Positions 55,483 through 64,000 of a DNA stretch of 64,000 nucleotides are shown here, piece by piece (positions within the stretch are counted from its first letter, which is position 1; each line of letters starts with the position of its first letter). The stretch comes from an uncultured Oscillospiraceae bacterium (lineage in GTDB: Bacteria; Bacillota; Clostridia; Oscillospirales; SIG627). The notes beneath the pieces are model-generated. The model ran no database searches and was not told where the DNA came from. It saw only the letters and a program-made list of their open reading frames with translations. Location: assembly GCA_964558655.1 (NCBI GenBank), contig CAZLEX010000003.1, forward strand, positions 4,975 to 68,974. Direction: 5' to 3'. Made by a program: the position numbers and the translations under genes.

Positions 55483-57258
55483 ATGAAAAAACTCATTTTT
55501 GCTTTTTTATTGTTTACAGCACTTTTTACTGCGGGTGCGTCGGCACTGTCTTCCGTAGAATATTCCGAAGCGGGTTTTGACGCGGTTTTGCCGTCCTCTT
55601 GCAATGTCGTTACGGTCTTGCTGGACGGAAAATACGGAGTGGTTGACCTTGACGGAAATACCGTTGTACCATTCGATTACTATTACGCCGCCTCTCCCAA
55701 CGCCGAAGGGCAGACTGTCCTTTACAAACTTGACGGCACGGATATTGTTACCGAAGTTTTCGACTGCTTCGGCAATTTAATGTATTCTTCAAGCTATGCT
55801 TCAAACGGCAAAATCGTCTCTTTTGTATCCGAAGGCATTATCCTTGCCATATCGAATGTCTCTTTTGACGAAGAATGGCATATAGTTTACAGTGTTGACT
55901 ATATATCCCTCGACACAGGGAAATTGCTTTTCGGCTTTGACAATGTGAAAGACGCCACCCCCTTTTCCGAAGGATATGCCGTAATCGGAACATATTCCAA
56001 TACTTGTGTAATAAATACGAGCGGCGAAAAAGTCTATACGGGCGAGGGAGAATTTGAAACACTCGCACTTTGCGGTGACGGTAAAATTCCTTTTTCGATA
56101 TTTGACGAAGAAAGCGGAACCGAGTCCTATTACATTGTCGACCTTGAAAAAAAAGAAAGAATTTGCCTCTCGCAAAACGATGTTGCAAAAGGCACGAATT
56201 TCAAACGGATCTCTTCTCCCATAGCGAACATTGCATCTTTTTATTCCATTGAAAACGAAAATATGATAGGCACACTTTCGCAAGACGGAGTGTATATTTA
56301 CTTAACCGAAAACCCCACAACATTCGATATCGATTATACCGTTGTCGCAAACGGCAAAACGGGCGAGGTCATAGATAACATTGCCGGATATAACGCAGGG
56401 GAAAAGTATATCATGGCGGGAGAAGAGGGAAGTTACTTTTATGTAACTCTCGACGGAAAGAAAGTCAACTGTGCATATGAGGCGGTAACTCCTTTTTCAG
56501 ACGGTAAAGCGGCCGTATTCGCCGATGACGGAAAGTATGTTTTCGTCGATGAGAATTTTAACGAGATTTCCGAACACTTCGACGATGCGGGAAGTGTGAT
56601 TAATGCGGGAAAAATATTTTATGCCTTAAAAGACGGCAAATACCGTTTTATAACTCTTTCTCATGACAGTATCGGGCAGAATGTCGGAATGGACAATTTC
56701 AAATCGGTCAACGAATATAACCTCTCGGTTTTCCCCGATGTGAAGGAAAATGACTGGTTCTTTGAAAATGTTTCTTTCGCATACGAAAAAGGGCTTATGT
56801 ACGGTAAGGAAAACGGCTTTGCACCGAAAGACAACCTCACCGTCGCTCAGGTAATCACAATGGCTGCCCGCTTAAATTCCATTTATAACACGGGTGAGGC
56901 CGAATTTGTGCAGGGAGATGTCTGGTATAAAGTTTATGTTGATTACTGCATATCTCACGGAATAATCCGTGAGGGAGAGTATACCGATTTTAACAGAAAC
57001 GCCACCCGTGCCGAGTTCGTCCGTATACTTTCGGCGTCTGTACCCGAGAGCGAATTCGGAGAAAAAAACAGCGTTTCGGCAATTCCCGATGTCGCCGAAA
57101 GCGAAACAACCGCACCGATATATATGTTTTACAGGGCAGGTATACTCGCAGGCAGTGACGAGGCACATACATTCTTTCCGGACAGCGATATAACCCGTGC
57201 GGAAAGTGCGGCGATACTTACGAGAATTATTGAGAAAAAATTGCGTCTTTCGTTCTAA
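55483..57258 (+). CDS. Secreted WG-repeat protein with C-terminal SLH domains
   Basis: Signal peptide ending in ASA, repeated DGKYGVVDLDGNTVVPFDY-type units, and a C-terminal region FPDVKENDWFFENVSFAYEKGLMYG...TRAESAAILTRI. Confidence 0.7.
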   Translation: MKKLIFAFLLFTALFTAGASALSSVEYSEAGFDAVLPSSCNVVTVLLDGKYGVVDLDGNTVVPFDYYYAASPNAEGQTVLYKLDGTDIVTEVFDCFGNLMYSSSYASNGKIVSFVSEGIILAISNVSFDEEWHIVYSVDYISLDTGKLLFGFDNVKDATPFSEGYAVIGTYSNTCVINTSGEKVYTGEGEFETLALCGDGKIPFSIFDEESGTESYYIVDLEKKERICLSQNDVAKGTNFKRISSPIANIASFYSIENENMIGTLSQDGVYIYLTENPTTFDIDYTVVANGKTGEVIDNIAGYNAGEKYIMAGEEGSYFYVTLDGKKVNCAYEAVTPFSDGKAAVFADDGKYVFVDENFNEISEHFDDAGSVINAGKIFYALKDGKYRFITLSHDSIGQNVGMDNFKSVNEYNLSVFPDVKENDWFFENVSFAYEKGLMYGKENGFAPKDNLTVAQVITMAARLNSIYNTGEAEFVQGDVWYKVYVDYCISHGIIREGEYTDFNRNATRAEFVRILSASVPESEFGEKNSVSAIPDVAESETTAPIYMFYRAGILAGSDEAHTFFPDSDITRAESAAILTRIIEKKLRLSF

Positions 57259-57275
57259 AATTTAAAAAATACCGA

Positions 57276-57304
57276 TTGACATTAACTGTGTACAGTGTTA
57301 TAAT
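57276..57304 (+). promoter_or_regulatory. Consensus sigma-A promoter TTGACA-17 nt-TGtTATAAT
   Basis: Perfect -35 (57276-57281) and -10 (57299-57304) hexamers with an extended TG, about 50 nt upstream of the metY-like ATG. Confidence 0.65.
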
Positions 57305-57355
57305 ATACTCTCAAAAAGCGGCGTAAAGCCGACATTGCGAAAGTAGGGTGATATA

Positions 57356-58618
57356 ATGAAATTTGAAACAAAATGTCTTCATTCGGGCTATTCTCCGAAA
57401 AATACCGAGCCGCGTGTTGTGCCCATAGTACAAAGCACGACTTATGTGTACGACTCGACCGAAGAAGTTGCGTCCGTGTTTGACGAACCGACAAAGTCCC
57501 TGATTTATTCCCGTTTTGCCAACCCGACGGTTATGGCGGTGGAGAATAAAATCGCCGACATGGAAGGCGGAGTGGGTGCTATGTGTACCTCTTCCGGACA
57601 GGCGGCAACTCTTATGTCAATCCTGAATATATGCAGCGCCGGCGACAGCTTTATCAGCACTTCCGAAATTTACGGAGGTACCGTAAATCTCTTTTCCTTC
57701 ACTTTGAAGAAACTCGGAATTGAGTGCATTTTTATTGACAAAAACGCTTCCGACGAGGAGATTATGAGTGCGTTTCGCCCCAATACAAAAGCGGTTTTCG
57801 GGGAAACTATCGCAAATCCCGCACTTTCAGTTCTGGATATCGAACGCTTTGCGAAGATTGCTCACGCAAACGGAGTGCCTCTCATAGTTGATAGCACTTT
57901 TGCAACTCCCGCTCTCTGCCGTCCCTTTGAATTCGGAGCAGATATCGTAATCCATTCTACCTCAAAATATATGGACGGTCACGCCGTTCAGGTAGGCGGA
58001 GTTATCGTTGACAGCGGTAATTTCGACTGGACAAACGGTCGCTTCCCCGAACTTGTCGAACCCGATGAGTCTTATCACGGCATATCTTATGTTGAAACTT
58101 ACGGCAAAGCGGCTTATATCATCAAGGCGAGAATGCAGCTCATGAGGGACTTCGGCACATATCCTGCGGCACATTCGGCGTTCCTCCTGAACTTAGGTCT
58201 TGAAACTTTGGCGATAAGAATGGATAGATATTGCGAAAACGCACTCCGTGTTGCAAAGTATTTTAAGGCAAGCGACAAGATAGAAAGCGTTAAGTATCCC
58301 GGGCTTGAAGACGATGAAGATTACGCACTCGCGAAGAAGTATCTCAAGGGTGCTTCCGGCGTTATTTCAATCGTAATAAAAGGCGGAAGAGAAAAGGCAA
58401 TGAAGTTTATGAACTCTTTGCACCTTGCTTCCAACGAAGTCCATGTTGCCGATATACGCACTTGCGTGCTTCACCCGGCAAGCGAAACTCACCGCCAGCT
58501 TACCGACGAACAGCTCAAAGCCTGCGGAATCGAAGCGGGCATGGTTCGCTTCTCTGTGGGACTTGAAAATGTTGACGATATCATCGCCGATATAGAACAG
58601 GCTCTCTCGCAAATATAA
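57356..58618 (+). CDS. O-acetylhomoserine sulfhydrylase / aminocarboxypropyltransferase (Cys/Met PLP family)
   Basis: MKFETKCLHSGY..., the STSKYMDGH PLP-lysine motif, and 420 aa. Confidence 0.85.
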   Translation: MKFETKCLHSGYSPKNTEPRVVPIVQSTTYVYDSTEEVASVFDEPTKSLIYSRFANPTVMAVENKIADMEGGVGAMCTSSGQAATLMSILNICSAGDSFISTSEIYGGTVNLFSFTLKKLGIECIFIDKNASDEEIMSAFRPNTKAVFGETIANPALSVLDIERFAKIAHANGVPLIVDSTFATPALCRPFEFGADIVIHSTSKYMDGHAVQVGGVIVDSGNFDWTNGRFPELVEPDESYHGISYVETYGKAAYIIKARMQLMRDFGTYPAAHSAFLLNLGLETLAIRMDRYCENALRVAKYFKASDKIESVKYPGLEDDEDYALAKKYLKGASGVISIVIKGGREKAMKFMNSLHLASNEVHVADIRTCVLHPASETHRQLTDEQLKACGIEAGMVRFSVGLENVDDIIADIEQALSQI

Positions 58619-58643
58619 AAAACAGTATAATAATTTTTTCGGG

Positions 58644-58673
58644 AAGGCGACAGGATTTCGGTTATGTCGCCTT
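58644..58673 (+). terminator. Candidate terminator
   Basis: AAGGCGAC-14 nt-GTCGCCTT followed by a weak T-tract. Confidence 0.35.
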
Positions 58674-58727
58674 TACGCTTATAATGTCAAGACGGTAACC
58701 GAATAACGAATAAACGGAGGTATACTT

Positions 58728-59264
58728 ATGAAAACAATGGAAACAATCTGTGCGAGAAAATCCGTCCGCACCTATACGGGCGAACAGATTACAAAGGAAC
58801 AGCTTGATATCATTCTCAAAGCCGCCAATGCCGCTCCCGTCGGTATGGGACAGTATGAGGGCGTTCATCTGACACTCATTACAAACAAAGACCTGCTCGG
58901 AAAAATCGATGCCGCCGGTGCGGCAATGTTCGGCAAGCCGGACATTCACCCGCTTTACAATGCACCGATGCTTATTTTGGTATCGGCAAAGATGCCGCCG
59001 GTAGAGGCAATGAAAAATGTCACCTATTCCAACGCGGCGATTATCGTGCAGAATATGGCACTTGCCGCAACCGAGCTCGGTGTCGGTGTCTGTCACATTT
59101 GGGGTGCCACAATGGCAATGCTCAACGCTCCCGATATCCTGAAAGAATTGAATCTGCCCGAAGGCTTCGTTCCGTGCTCTGCCGTCACTCTCGGCAAGAC
59201 GGATTGCGTTTACGAACAGAGAGAAATCCCGATGAATCGTATTGCGATAAACACAGTAGAATAA
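58728..59264 (+). CDS. Nitroreductase-family protein
   Basis: ICARKSVRTYTGEQITKEQLDIILKAANAAP is a typical N-terminus; 178 aa. Confidence 0.8.
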   Translation: MKTMETICARKSVRTYTGEQITKEQLDIILKAANAAPVGMGQYEGVHLTLITNKDLLGKIDAAGAAMFGKPDIHPLYNAPMLILVSAKMPPVEAMKNVTYSNAAIIVQNMALAATELGVGVCHIWGATMAMLNAPDILKELNLPEGFVPCSAVTLGKTDCVYEQREIPMNRIAINTVE

Positions 59265-59266
59265 AC

Positions 59267-59306
59267 AAAAAGGCACTTGCTTCACACGAGCAAGTGCCTT
59301 TTTTTC
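59267..59306. terminator. Bidirectional intrinsic terminator
   Basis: AAAAAGGCACTTGCT-7 nt-AGCAAGTGCCTTTTTTT, between convergent genes. Confidence 0.85.
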
Positions 59307-59307
59307 G

Positions 59308-59829
59308 TTATTTTAAGAATTTAAGTCTCTTTCTCCAGAGATTGACATACAGGAATATGATTTTTGTCAGAAGCACATCGTAAATTACAAAGACAATGTT
59401 TGAGAGTACGAACACCGCCACAGTAAGTATCGGCGTCAGGGTTTCGACTGTGATAACTTTGACGGTTATTATATAGATTACGGTTAAAACGGCGTTGAAA
59501 ATAAGGAATTTAAGCAATATGCACATGACACGGGAAAGCCTTTCGAGTACCTTCTTCACAAGCGAATACCACCCGCAGAAAGCGACGAAAAGCAGGGAAG
59601 AAAATTTTGACGGAAGTAAAATCAGTGCGAGAACCGAGCTTGTTATCCAGACGCTTATACCCGCACGGTCTCCGAATTCGACAATGACAAGAGTGGTGAG
59701 TATTCCGCACAGAGCCGCCACCGAATAATCGAGTACATCTATTACCGAACCGATATACATAAGTACAACGCACATCGCACTCATGATACCGCAAAATGCG
59801 ACGGCGTGCGTTCTTTTTCTTTCTCTCAT
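59308..59829 (-). CDS. Polytopic membrane protein of unknown function
   Basis: 173 aa with 5-6 hydrophobic helices. Last gene of a five-gene minus-strand operon. Confidence 0.6.
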   Translation of the reverse strand: MRERKRTHAVAFCGIMSAMCVVLMYIGSVIDVLDYSVAALCGILTTLVIVEFGDRAGISVWITSSVLALILLPSKFSSLLFVAFCGWYSLVKKVLERLSRVMCILLKFLIFNAVLTVIYIITVKVITVETLTPILTVAVFVLSNIVFVIYDVLLTKIIFLYVNLWRKRLKFLK

Positions 59830-59830
59830 T

Positions 59831-60418
59831 TCAGCAACACCTTATTAAATCCCCGCCCATACATTCGCAAAGGCAGTCGGCACAGAGAAGCCCCGTGCAC
59901 ATATCGCATACATCGCAGTCTCCCGAATGCTGCGTGTTAAATCCGCCGTACTTGCCTTGACTTGACATGAAATTGTTGTAAGCGGTGCGGTATTCGGTGT
60001 TGTCGGGATCCATCGCGCACGCTCGCTCAAGATAGGAACGGGCTTGCGAGTATTGCCTGCGACTGATGTAAACACAGCCTTTGAGGTAGTACCACTCGGC
60101 GTTTCTGTCGGTGGCGCGGTTGAGTGCGTCTTCGGCTCCGTTAAGGTTCCCGTTCGCAATCATCTGCCGTATTTCGGAGTAAGAACTGCCGTATGAACCG
60201 TAAGACGAACCCGAGTAGGAATTTTTCGACTGACGCTCCGATGTTATTTGGTCGTACGCCTCGTTGATTTCTTTCATCTTTTCGTCTGCAAGGTCCTTGA
60301 GCGGATTGTTGACATAGTTGTCGGGGTGATACTTTTTCGCAAGCTCTCTGTACGCTTTTTTTATTTCGTCATCGCTTGCGCCGGGAGATACTCCCAAAAC
60401 TTTGTATGGGTCTTTCAT
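59831..60418 (-). CDS. J-domain protein with TPR-like middle and Cys-rich C-terminal tail
   Basis: Start at [10 protein letters not shown] (RBS GGAGGAAAAA). HPD motif in KKYHPDN. The tail [28 protein letters not shown] has 9 Cys. Confidence 0.8.
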   Translation of the reverse strand: MKDPYKVLGVSPGASDDEIKKAYRELAKKYHPDNYVNNPLKDLADEKMKEINEAYDQITSERQSKNSYSGSSYGSYGSSYSEIRQMIANGNLNGAEDALNRATDRNAEWYYLKGCVYISRRQYSQARSYLERACAMDPDNTEYRTAYNNFMSSQGKYGGFNTQHSGDCDVCDMCTGLLCADCLCECMGGDLIRCC

Positions 60419-61275
60419 TTTTTCCTCCGTTGAGAATTCATTATTCCGTAAATTTCCCACCCAAGCCCCATCGAAAGAATGTTGTCGGTAATTCGGCAAT
60501 ATTCGTGGTTGGGGGAGAGTGAAAGTGCCGTGTGAGCGTCTCTGGCGTGTGCGGCAATCACCGCATCAATATCGCGAAAATGGGACTTTGCCTCTTCCGG
60601 CGTTTTGTATTCCTCCAAAAGCGGATTGAATTTTTTTCGAGCGTAATCTTTTTCGAGGTCGTCGACGGCGTCGGCAAGATAAAGCCACGCTCCGACCGAC
60701 TGCCCGACCGAGCGGGCTATCCGTTCGGCACTTCCCTCAAGCCCGAATGCCACCGCCTCTCCCAAAACCTCTCCGAACGACGCGGCAAGGTCGTCGGCGT
60801 TGCCGTGAGCTTTTTCCGTGTCTGAGAAAAGGTTCATCTTAATTTTTATGTTTTCGCAAAGCTTCTGCCATTCTTCGCTTTTCAAGTGTTTTCGGCATTT
60901 CGTTTTTAAATAAAGGGAAGCGAGTGCCAAAAACGGAGAGAGCAGAGGACGGTCGCCGTCCCGCCTTTTGTCGTCAATGTTGTCTTTTATCAGTATTAAT
61001 GAAACTTTCGACGCATATTTTATTCCGTCCGATGTTATAAACGACCTCTTCTTTGCGGGATTGTACGGACAGCGTCCGGCTTCCGTCGAAATTTTCCCTT
61101 CGGTCAGAATGTCCCGCACCATTGCCAGAAAAACAAAATCGTAACTTAAAGAAAATGGAATAAAAAATGAGATGTTTTTCTTTATTTCACGGCAAAGTCC
61201 GCAATAGACGGATTTGTACAGAGCTAAGTCTTTGACGAGTAACTCTTCCTTTTTTGTCTTTATGTATCCGAACAT
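60415..61275 (-). CDS. DUF5685-like protein of unknown function
   Basis: 286 aa with N-terminus [33 protein letters not shown]. Its stop overlaps the J-domain ATG (ATGA). Confidence 0.55.
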   Translation of the reverse strand: MFGYIKTKKEELLVKDLALYKSVYCGLCREIKKNISFFIPFSLSYDFVFLAMVRDILTEGKISTEAGRCPYNPAKKRSFITSDGIKYASKVSLILIKDNIDDKRRDGDRPLLSPFLALASLYLKTKCRKHLKSEEWQKLCENIKIKMNLFSDTEKAHGNADDLAASFGEVLGEAVAFGLEGSAERIARSVGQSVGAWLYLADAVDDLEKDYARKKFNPLLEEYKTPEEAKSHFRDIDAVIAAHARDAHTALSLSPNHEYCRITDNILSMGLGWEIYGIMNSQRRKK

Positions 61276-61277
61276 GG

Positions 61278-62480
61278 TTAAATCATTCCGTAAAACTTTT
61301 CGATTTCGCTCTCGTTTGAAAAACTGCGGGAGGAGAGATTTTCAATGTACTTTTCAACGCTTTTTTCGTCGTTTAGCATTTGGGAAAGTCCGCTGTAAAC
61401 GCCCTCTTCTCCTATTTCGGAGATTTTGCCGAGTTTTCCGCACTCAAGCTGTTCTTTCGCCGAAAGATAATTGCAGACGAAAATCGGCTTTTTGAGAATT
61501 TTCGCTTCTTCCACCGAAATCGGCTTGCCCTCATATCTCGAAGGCTGAGCGTATATGTCGCAGTTTGCCATGTATCCGTAAGGGTTGGGAGTCGTGCCTA
61601 AGAAAATAAACCGGTCCTCAACGCCTTCTCTTTTTACGATTTCTTTTATGTAGTTTACATAATCTTCGTCTCCGTCACCCAGCACATACCAGCGTAGGTT
61701 GTGCGAGTCTCGCAAAAGTCGTGCAAATGCGGGAATTGCGAAATCGTACCCCTTTTGGTCGGCGATTCTTCCCACCGTCAAAATTCGCTTCCCGTCAAAA
61801 CCGTCGTCGAAAGTCTTTCCGCTCTCGGCCATTTTACATATAAGCTCGGTAGAGTTGATGTTTTCCATAACGACGCATTTTTCGCTAAGAGAGGGAAGCT
61901 CTCTTTTAAGTGCGTCGTCAACGGCGGTCGATACATTGACGATTTTGTCGCATTTTTCAAAGTAGGGTAGATATATTTCGTTGTCACGCTTCGGAAAAGA
62001 GTAGTCGAAGTGAAGCCAGGTGATTTTTTTGTCGGCACTTACTTTGTCAATCATGTAAAACATCGTCCTGTCACCCCAATAAGACACCGCAACATCGTAT
62101 TTCTTTTCGACTTCGGGCATCAGGTGCATGAGCGATATCCACATTTTCGTGGCGACAGACTCTCGCTTGGAGGGCTGTGTTATAAGTTTTATAAAATAGG
62201 GAAGTATCCGAAACGCCGTTAATGGATTTTTCTTTATGAGCGTGTTGAAAATACAGGACACGGCGTTTTTGCCCGACAACAGAAACAGGTCGCCGTACTT
62301 TTTCATTTCGATTATATTTACATCATTCGGTATCTGTTCGAGAAAAAGCCCCTCTTTTTTCGCAAGGAGCAGATCTATTTCGTATTTTTCACGGTCAAGC
62401 GTATTTATAAAGGAAAGAAAAGATTTTTCGCTTCCCGCACACCTCATTGTAATTCCGATAAAAAGAAGTTTCTTTTTCAT
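61278..62480 (-). CDS. GT4-family (GT-B) glycosyltransferase
   Basis: The C-terminal segment YAQPSRYEGKPISVEEAKILKKPIF carries an EX7E-type motif; 400 aa. Confidence 0.75.
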   Translation of the reverse strand: MKKKLLFIGITMRCAGSEKSFLSFINTLDREKYEIDLLLAKKEGLFLEQIPNDVNIIEMKKYGDLFLLSGKNAVSCIFNTLIKKNPLTAFRILPYFIKLITQPSKRESVATKMWISLMHLMPEVEKKYDVAVSYWGDRTMFYMIDKVSADKKITWLHFDYSFPKRDNEIYLPYFEKCDKIVNVSTAVDDALKRELPSLSEKCVVMENINSTELICKMAESGKTFDDGFDGKRILTVGRIADQKGYDFAIPAFARLLRDSHNLRWYVLGDGDEDYVNYIKEIVKREGVEDRFIFLGTTPNPYGYMANCDIYAQPSRYEGKPISVEEAKILKKPIFVCNYLSAKEQLECGKLGKISEIGEEGVYSGLSQMLNDEKSVEKYIENLSSRSFSNESEIEKFYGMI

Positions 62481-62481
62481 T

Positions 62482-63690
62482 TCAAAAGTCCTGCCTTATA
62501 ATATATGGTGATTGTTTTAAAAAGATGTTCGGCGGACAAGGAGCTTTTCGGCACATCGCCCACACCTCGTCAGCACGGCACTCGTACGCCCACTGACGCT
62601 TAAAGTCTCGTTTGTCCGAAAATTTTTCATTGTCGGCGTTTTTGACGATTATCGGAAACTCCGACCGACGCCGCTCTGCCAGAAATTCGCACCCTCGCCG
62701 ATTTGCCGCCGTAAGCTGAAGAAAAGCGGGGGACTCATGTATAAATTCGTTGTGACTTGTGCCGAACAAACAGGACAGGAGAGTTCGGTTTATCCTCGCC
62801 CGTGTAATTCTCGGACTCGTCACCTCCGAAATAAAAGCGTCGAAATTTTCGGCACATCTTACTGCGTTTGCAATGCGGGATGCAAGCTCTCCGCTTCCCA
62901 CGCACTCTTCGATTTCGTTTGTGCTTTTAAAAAGGAGCGTTGCTCTCAAAATGTCACGGAACTTTCCACTCTCGGCGTATTTACCGCTTCGGGCAAGCTC
63001 ACTGTATATTTCACCGCACTTTTGCGGCACGAACCGTTCCGCCGAAAATGCGGGAGAGAGAATTTTCTCCCGAAGAAAAGTCGCTGACGGCAGAGGAGAT
63101 TCCCTAAGACTTTTGTATCCCTCACCCTCGCGCTTTATTATTATGACTTCCGGGTTGTAATTCTGCTTTTTAAGTGCCTTTATGTACTCGACGGCGAGAA
63201 TGTTGTTTGGCTGTGATATAATTTCGGCATACTCTTTGCCCATTGTCTTAGCAATGTGTCTTTCCCCCGCACGCATGAGGGAGAGGGATGGATCGGCTTG
63301 ACATTCCTCCTTAACACCCGTGCGGTATTCTTCCGTCAGGGTGTATTCGGCAATTTCGAAAAGAGCGTCACGCCCGTCACATTCGGCACCGAAACAAACG
63401 GCATCCAAGTTGAGCTTCGCACAGGCGTAAATTCCCGACGAGGCAAACCCCTCTGCCGACAGGTTTACACAGACCGTCGGCATACACAGACATAAGTCGG
63501 CACCTCCCGCGACGGCTGAATACCCTCTGGAATATTTGTCGAAAAGAGACGGTTCTCCCCGTTGTACGAAATTGGGACTCATTAATGAAACTACCGTACA
63601 TTCTCCGTACTTTTCCCGAACCTTGCCGATTTGAAATTTGTGACCGTTGTGAAACGGGTTGTATTCCGAAATGATACCGACGCTTTTCAC
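62482..63690 (-). CDS. tmcAL: tRNA(Met) cytidine acetate ligase (YlbM/UPF0348)
   Basis: MKSVGIISEYNPFHNGHKFQ...LMSPNFVQRGEPSLFDKYSR is colinear with B. subtilis YlbM. Confidence 0.85.
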   Translation of the reverse strand: MKSVGIISEYNPFHNGHKFQIGKVREKYGECTVVSLMSPNFVQRGEPSLFDKYSRGYSAVAGGADLCLCMPTVCVNLSAEGFASSGIYACAKLNLDAVCFGAECDGRDALFEIAEYTLTEEYRTGVKEECQADPSLSLMRAGERHIAKTMGKEYAEIISQPNNILAVEYIKALKKQNYNPEVIIIKREGEGYKSLRESPLPSATFLREKILSPAFSAERFVPQKCGEIYSELARSGKYAESGKFRDILRATLLFKSTNEIEECVGSGELASRIANAVRCAENFDAFISEVTSPRITRARINRTLLSCLFGTSHNEFIHESPAFLQLTAANRRGCEFLAERRRSEFPIIVKNADNEKFSDKRDFKRQWAYECRADEVWAMCRKAPCPPNIFLKQSPYIIRQDF

Positions 63691-63903
63691 ATCTTCAATC
63701 CTCCGATGTTAACAGTACATTATTATATTATCACGAAATTGTGTCAAAATCAATAATAGGATAAAAACTTATTGCAACATTGTTTTCTCACAGTCAACTC
63801 ATCTGTGTACTTATTGCCCGAAAAAACTTTTTGAAAAATGTGCAATTTTCACTAAATGCGAAAAGCTTTTTTGTGCTTTTATGAAAAAAAGCACAAAAAC
63901 ATA

Positions 63904-63932
63904 TTGACTAAATACTTTTTTGTGTGTATAAT
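63904..63932 (+). promoter_or_regulatory. Candidate promoter TTGACT-17 nt-TATAAT reading out of the window
   Basis: Hexamers at 63904-63909 and 63927-63932. The downstream 68 nt contain nested stems and no start codon context. Confidence 0.45.
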
Positions 63933-64000
63933 ACTTAATGTATAAGTGCCCATTGTGTATTCCGAACGCAAATGCGGAAAATATGGAATACGGGCGAAGA

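Noticed and set aside
57259-57355. Possible SAM riboswitch or T-box leader upstream of the metY-like gene
   Set aside because: The promoter -10 ends at 57304, which leaves a leader of only about 45 nt. That is far too short for either element, and no SAM-I core sequences are present.

Overview
This is a 64-kb chromosomal window from a Gram-positive anaerobe. Gene content looks Clostridia-like: walRK-yycHI, ecfA1-ecfA2-ecfT-truA, trmK-nif3, rqcH, an SLH-domain wall protein and a DUF3794/LysM protein. The taxon is inference only. All family calls come from motifs read by eye in the supplied translations; no searches were run.

I support about 60 protein genes, one riboswitch, and several intrinsic terminators and consensus promoters. 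I saw no rRNA, tRNA, CRISPR array, transposase or integrase. Most of 18.8-64 kb is tightly packed housekeeping.

The first ~19 kb looks accessory:
- A YtrA-type GntR/ABC operon (1-2152, minus strand) carries a small relic duplication.
- A compact 7.7-kb phage-head-like island (2366-10077) holds nine co-directional, mostly overlapping genes. They encode a small TM protein, a portal, a 136-aa and a 583-aa unknown, a scaffold-like protein, a 273-aa HK97-type capsid protein, a glycine-rich fibre, an M15 peptidase and a coiled-coil protein. It has no terminase, integrase, replication genes or tail tube/tape-measure genes.
- A 2327-aa cyclic beta-1,2-glucan synthase-like giant (GT84 + cyclisation + GH94 regions) follows.
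- A DUF3794/LysM protein closes the block.

The terminase-less capsid island is my best candidate for something undescribed: a domesticated or satellite-like particle module rather than a plain prophage remnant.

Other points worth a second look:
- A P-type ATPase homologue has lost every catalytic motif and is butt-joined to a zinc-ribbon ClpC-like AAA+ protein.
- A MazF toxin has no adjacent antitoxin.
- A preQ1-I riboswitch sits ahead of queT.
- A 1072-aa orphan cytoplasmic protein follows rqcH.
- A J-domain protein with a 9-Cys tail is translationally coupled to a DUF5685-like protein.
- An acyl-AMP ligase is paired with a stand-alone ACP.
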